From: an uncultured Actinomycetes bacterium
GTDB taxonomy: Bacteria > Actinomycetota > Actinomycetes > Mycobacteriales > Jatrophihabitantaceae
Direction of reading: 5' to 3'
Length of the DNA: 64,000 nt
Assembly: GCA_963737785.1 (NCBI GenBank)
Contig: CAVTTS010000010.1
Location: 248,127-312,126, forward strand
Notes under the pieces: model-generated
Told to the model about the DNA's origin: nothing
The model's input: the letters and a program-made list of their open reading frames with translations, nothing else
Databases searched by the model: none
Program-made: the position numbers and the translations under genes
In this document: piece after piece, positions 59,294-64,000 of the stretch
How the letters are laid out: each line of letters opens with the position of its first letter
How positions within the stretch are numbered: position 1 is the stretch's first letter

Positions 59294-61234
59294 GAGAACC
59301 GCACCGCCAGCAGCACCGCGAGGACGGCGACGGATCCGCCGAGCATCGACAGCGCGTAGCTGCGGACGAAGCCGGTCTGCGTTCGCCGCAACCGGCCCGA
59401 TCCGCCGCCGAGGCCGGCGGCCAGGCCGTTGACCGTGCCGTCCACGCCCTTGTTGTCGAAGAAGACCAGCGCCCGCGTGAGCCACTGGCCGGGACGCATC
59501 AGCACCGCCTCGTTGAAGGCGTCGGCGTAGAGGTTCTTGCGGGCGGCGGTGGTGACGACCGAGACGCCCACCGGCTGGACTGGCCGGCACCGGTCGCTGG
59601 CCGAACACGACGTAGGCGACCGCCGACGCCGAGCGCGACGACCGCCAGCGTGATCGAGCCGAGCACCACTTGTTGAGCGGGTGCGCGGCCTTCGGTCGCC
59701 GCGCCGACCGACGGCGCCAGCCAGTGCGCGACGCCACCGTTGACGACGAGCAGGTACCCGCCGACCAGCGAGCCGCGACGGCCAGGATCGCCATCGGGAT
59801 CGTCATGATCTTCGGCGACTCGTGCGGGTGCACGTCCTCCTCCCAGCGCTTCTCGCCGAAGAACGTCATGAACAGCGCGCGGGTCATGTAGAACGCGGTC
59901 AGGCCGGCGCCGAGCAAGCGCGACGATGCCGAGGATCCAGCCGGACGTGCCGCCCTTGTCGAAGCGCATCCTCGATGATCTTGTCCTTCGTCCAGAAGCC
60001 GGTCAGCAGCGGGAAGCCGATGATCGCCAGGTAGCCGCAGAGGAAGACGACGAACGTGATCGGCATGACTGTTCGCAGGCCGCCGAACCGGCGCATGTCG
60101 ATCTTGTCGTTCATCGCGTGCATGACCGAACCGGCCGAGAGGAACAGGGCGGCCTTGAAGAAGCCGTGGCCGAGCAGGTGGATGATGCCGATCGCGTACA
60201 TGCCGGGGCCGAGGCCGACGGCGAGGAACATGTAGCCGATCTGGCTGACCGTCGAATAGGCCAGCACCTTCTTGAGGTCGTCCTGGGCGCAGCCGCAGAT
60301 GCAGCCGTAGCAGCAGCGTGATCGCACCGATGATGGTGACGACCGTGCGGGCCGCCTGCGAGGCGTTGAAGATCGGCGACGAGCGGGCGATGAGGTAGAC
60401 GCCGGCGGTGACCATCGTCGCGGCGTGGATCAGGGCCGAGACCGGGGTCGGGCCCTCCATGGCGTCGGGCAACCAGGTCTGCAGCGGGAACTGGCCGGAC
60501 TTGCCGCAGGCGCCGAGCAGCAGCATCAGCCCGATCGCGGCGGCGACGCCCTTGCTCGCGTTGCCGCCGGCGCCGAAGTGCGCGAAGACGCCGCTGAAGC
60601 GAGGTCGTGCCGAAGTAGGCGAACATCATCATGATCGCGATCGACAGGCCGACGTCACCGACGCGGTTGGCGATGAACGCCTTCTTGCGCGGCGGTGGCC
60701 GCGACGGACGGTCGTAGTAGAAGCCGATGAGCAGGTAGGACGCGAGGCCCACGCCTTCCCAGCCGACGTAGAGCAGCAGGTAGTTGTTGGCCAGCACGAG
60801 CAGCAGCATCGCCGCGACGAACAGGTTGAAGTAGCCGAAGAAGCGGCGCCGGCCCGGGTCGTGCGCCATATAGCCGACCGCATAGATGTGGATCAGCGAG
60901 CCGACCCCGGTGATCAGCAGGACGAAGATCAGCGACAACGGGTCGATGCAGCAAGCCGACGTCGACCTTGAAGCTGCCGACCGGCGACCCAGGCGAACAG
61001 GTGCCGGTTGATCTCGCGGTTGCCCGTGCCGCCCCTTGACCGAGAAGAACAGAGACAGGCTGTAGATGAACAGCGCGACCGGGACGAGCGGCGCCGACGC
61101 AGGTGCCCCACTTGTCGGTGCGCTTGCCGACCGATCAGCAGAACCGCGGCCGAGAGCGCGGGAAGCGCGACCAGCAGCCAGGCGTGCGATCTGCACGCCG
61201 TGAGCGGCAGTCGACGATCATCGAGCTGGGCTCC
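59290..61234 (-). pseudogene. nuoL: NADH-quinone oxidoreductase subunit L, multiply frameshifted
   Basis: NuoL segments lie in frames 60111-, 58865-, 59899- and 59290- ([71 protein letters not shown], and the C-terminal [12 protein letters not shown]). Confidence 0.7.
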
Positions 61235-61534
61235 TCAGTACTTGAGCAGGTTGGCATCGTCGACCGATGCCGACCGCCGGGTGCGGAAGATGGACATGAT
61301 GATCGCGAGGCCGACGACGACCTCGGCGGCGGCCACGACCATGACGAAGAACGCGATGATCTGGCCGTCGAGGAGCCGTTGATGCGCGAGAACGTGACCA
61401 GCGTCAGGTTCACGGCGTTGAGCATCAGCTCGACGCACATGAACACGACGATCGCGTTGCGGCGCACGAGCACGCCGACCGCGCCGATCGTGAACAGGGC
61501 GCGCCGAGAGCACCAGGTAGTAGGTCGGGGTCAT
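61235..61534 (-). pseudogene. nuoK: NADH-quinone oxidoreductase subunit K with one frameshift
   Basis: [11 protein letters not shown] | [42 protein letters not shown] | [45 protein letters not shown] lies across frames 61235- and 61135-. Confidence 0.75.
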
Positions 61535-62298
61535 CGTCCAGACCTCCCGGCGAGCTCGCGGATCGCCGGGCGTCGAGGCCGATGCACCGACTCCTCGGAC
61601 GAGCGTGCCGTCGGGCAGCAGCGCCGGCGTTCCGATCGAGTTGCCGGAGGACAGCACGCCGGGGCCGGGCAACGGCTGCGGGCGGCCCGACCGGATGCGC
61701 TCGCGGGCGGCCTGCTTCTGCGTGGGCTTGGGCCGTCGCGCTCGACGTGCGCGAGCACCATGGCGCCGACCGCGGCGACGATGAGCAGCGCCGAGGTCGA
61801 GCTCGAACGCGAACAGGTACTTGGTGAAGATCGAGCGCGGCGAGCGAGTTGCACGTTGGTGCCGCCGGCGTTCTGGCCGTCGAGGTTGACCGGCTTGATG
61901 TCCTTGAACGCCCGGCCGACGGCCGAGCGTCGACCAGCAGCGCGAACGCCGAGCCCGAACAGCGCGGCGGCCCACCGTTGGCCGCGCAGCGATTCGACGA
62001 TCGAGTCGGAGGAATCGCGGCCGACCAGCATCAGCACGAACAGGAACAGGATCATGATCGCGCCGGTGTAGACGATGATCTGCACGAAGCCGATGAACGG
62101 CCCCTGCTCGACCATGTACATCGCGCCGAGGCACATCATCGTGGCGGCGAGCGACAGCGCCGAATGGACGGCGTTGCGGAAGAGCACCATGCCGAGTCCG
62201 CCGGCGAGGGCGATCGGGCCGAGGATCCAGAACGACACGGCCTCACCGAGCGGCACGTCCCCGTGCATCAGCGGCGCGGCCGCGAGAGTCGCGCTCAT
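61531..62298 (-). pseudogene. nuoJ: NADH-quinone oxidoreductase subunit J, frameshifted
   Basis: Start MSATLAAAP at 62298 overlaps the nuoI stop. NuoJ TM core [69 protein letters not shown]. The C-terminus continues in another frame. Confidence 0.65.
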
Positions 62299-62917
62299 CC
62301 GTGGTGCCTTCCGACCTCGATGGCGCGGCCGGTGATCGGCTTGCCGGCCACATTCGCAGTGCTCTGCGGCTCGCCCTGCTGCAGCGGGGCCTGCGAGGCG
62401 ATGGTGTAGTAGTCCTTCTCGTCGTCGCCCAGGCGCATCGGGTGCGGCGGGGCCTCCATGCCGGGAAGCAGCGGAGCCATCAGCTGATCCTTGGTGTAGA
62501 TCAGGTCCTGCCGGTTGTCCAAAGCCAGCTCGTACTCGTTGCTCATCGTGAGCGAACGGGTCGGGCAGGCCTCGATGCACAGGCCGCAGAAGATGCAGCG
62601 CAGGTAGTTGATCTGGTAGACCGCGCCGTAGCGCTCGCCGGGTGAGTAGCGCTCGGTCGTCGGTGTTGTCGCCACCCTCGACGTAGATCGCGTCGGCCGG
62701 GCAGGCCCAGGCGCACAGCTCGCAGCCGACGCACTTCTCGAGGCCGTCCGGGTGCCGGTTGAGCACGTGCCGACCGTGATAGCGCGGCGCGGTCGGATAG
62801 ATGTCGAACGGGTACTGCTCGGTGAAGACCTTCTTGAACATGGTCGTGAAGGTCAACCCGAAGCCCTTGGCAAAGCCGAGGACGTTGGGCGCCGGCGGTG
62901 TTGTCAGGCATCGTCAT
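62295..62917 (-). pseudogene. nuoI: NADH-quinone oxidoreductase subunit I (2x 4Fe-4S ferredoxin), frameshifted
   Basis: ATG at 62917 overlaps the nuoH stop (ATGA). [20 protein letters not shown] is in frame 61531-62856. The second cluster [21 protein letters not shown] is in frame 62295-62675. An insertion (gacgac[c]gagcgc) sits between the two cluster motifs. Confidence 0.75.
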
Positions 62918-64000
62918 CGCCTTCGTCCTGGACCACGGTCGGCCCGTCGTTGAGCTCGCGGCAGCGACGCCCGGGCGCGCGTGACCCGCGCGACCTTCGG
63001 CGTCTTCGGGATCACCAGGTTCATCGGCGGGGTCGGGAACGTCGGGCCGAGGCGGGCCTCGATCTCTTCGTCGTCGAGCGTCGTTCGCTTCGCGACGCTG
63101 ACGCGCACCCTCGGACGAGAACGACCCACGACGCCCCGATGACCACGACGGGTATACCGATGGCGAACGCCGTCTCGTACCAGGGCCAGCCGCGGTCTGC
63201 GGAATACGTGGACAGCCGACACGAGCATGATCCACACCAGGTTGAGCGGGATCAGCACCTTCCAGCCCAGGTGCATGAACTGGTCGTAGCGCATACGCGG
63301 CAACGTGCCGCGCAGCCAGACGAAAACGAAGATGATGATGACGACCTTGATGACGAACCAGATCATCGGGTACCAGCCGGAGTTGCAGCCCGACCAGATG
63401 GCGTGCAGGCCCCACGGCGCGTGCCAGCCGCCGAGGAACAGCGTCGTGGCCAGCGCCGAGACGGTGACCATGTTGATGTACTCGGCGAGGAAGAACATCG
63501 CGAACTTGAACGACGAGTACTCGGTGTGGAAGCCGCCGACCAGCTCGGACTCGGCCTCGGGCAGGTCGAACGGGGCCCGGTTGGTCTCACCGACGATCGC
63601 GATCGCGTAGATGCAGAACGAGATGAACAGCGGCGACGTCACGTACCAGCGATGATCCTGACGCGGCGACGATGCCGGAGGTCGACATCGTGCCCGGACC
63701 AGACGAAGACCGCCGCGATCGACAGGCCCATCGCGACCTCGTAGGAGATCATCTGCGCGGCCGAGCGCAGACCACCGAGCAGCGGGTAGGTCGAGCCGGA
63801 CGCCCAGCCCGACAGCACGATGCCGTAGACCCCGAGCGACGAGCAGGCGAAGACGAGCAGCACGCCGACCGGCAGGTCGGTCAGCTGCAGCGGCGGTGTG
63901 GTGGCCGAAGATCGAGACCGTCGGGCCGAACGGGATCACCGAGAAGGCCACGAAGGCCGGCACCGCCGAGAGGATCGGCGCCAGGAAGTACACCGGCTTG
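62914..64000 (-). pseudogene. nuoH: NADH-quinone oxidoreductase subunit H, frameshifted. It continues beyond the window end
   Basis: NuoH segments [22 protein letters not shown], the quinone-binding region [20 protein letters not shown] (frame 63639-63863), and [56 protein letters not shown]. Confidence 0.7.

Noticed and set aside
33180-64000. Simple homopolymer or long-read sequencing errors as the cause of the frameshifts
   Set aside because: The homopolymer-error explanation does not fit. Most inserted bases are not extensions of a homopolymer (g between c and a, c between g and g, g between t and t), and every unambiguous one falls at a codon boundary. More than 30 kb of neighbouring genes, including 7.4 kb of rpoBC, are clean. 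Some other artefact or a biological cause is still possible, which is why the pattern is reported as a finding rather than dismissed.
33180-64000. Insertion sequences or transposon-mediated disruption in the frameshift-dense half
   Set aside because: I saw no transposase-like ORFs, no inverted terminal repeats and no target-site duplications. Every disruption I could resolve is a 1-nt event.

Overview
This is a high-GC (~68-70%) actinobacterial window of Corynebacteriales/mycobacterial type. RpoB and RpoC are near-identical to mycobacterial orthologues, NusG has an acidic N-terminal extension, and hadA/hadB are present. Almost all genes lie on the minus strand. Gene order from the window start: the end of a Tad (Flp-pilus) operon, namely tadC-like (partial), tadB-like, cpaF/tadA ATPase, tadZ/cpaE-like and cpaB-like, preceded by a translationally coupled trio (small helical protein, ~630-aa protein with a WXG100-like N-terminus, lipoprotein). 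Then rpoC, rpoB, a SAM-methyltransferase, and a six-copy ~72-bp palindromic tandem repeat array, with related copies near 18.6 kb and 7.9 kb that bracket a two-gene lipoprotein/secreted-protein cassette. Then rplL-rplJ. Between rplJ and rplA sits an inserted island: a secreted protein with three internal ~100-aa repeats, a frameshifted TPR-CHAT protease gene, an ECF sigma factor with an ATGA-coupled partner, and an intracellular S8 subtilase. Then rplA-rplK-nusG-secE-tRNA-Trp, flotillin/NfeD, aspC, an APC permease, an M1-like lipoprotein peptidase, hadB/hadA, rpmG, tRNA-Met, tRNA-Thr, sdhCAB, tRNA-Tyr, yajQ, rmlA, htpX, korAB, a GNAT, small membrane proteins, a Pro/Gln-repeat membrane protein, rarD, an ArsR-SRPBCC pair, a polyprenyl synthase and nuoN through nuoH (nuoH runs off the window). 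The most striking feature is many single-nucleotide insertions. They sit at codon junctions, the inserted base is mostly G, and there is a recurrent NNC-G-ATC motif. They interrupt a specific gene set: nuoH-N, sdhCAB, korAB, hadAB, aspC, yajQ, rarD, the permease, the M1 peptidase and the CHAT gene. rpoB, rpoC, the ribosomal proteins, the Tad genes and many neighbouring genes are intact. Without reads I cannot tell whether this is reductive evolution, an assembly artefact or a recoding phenomenon.
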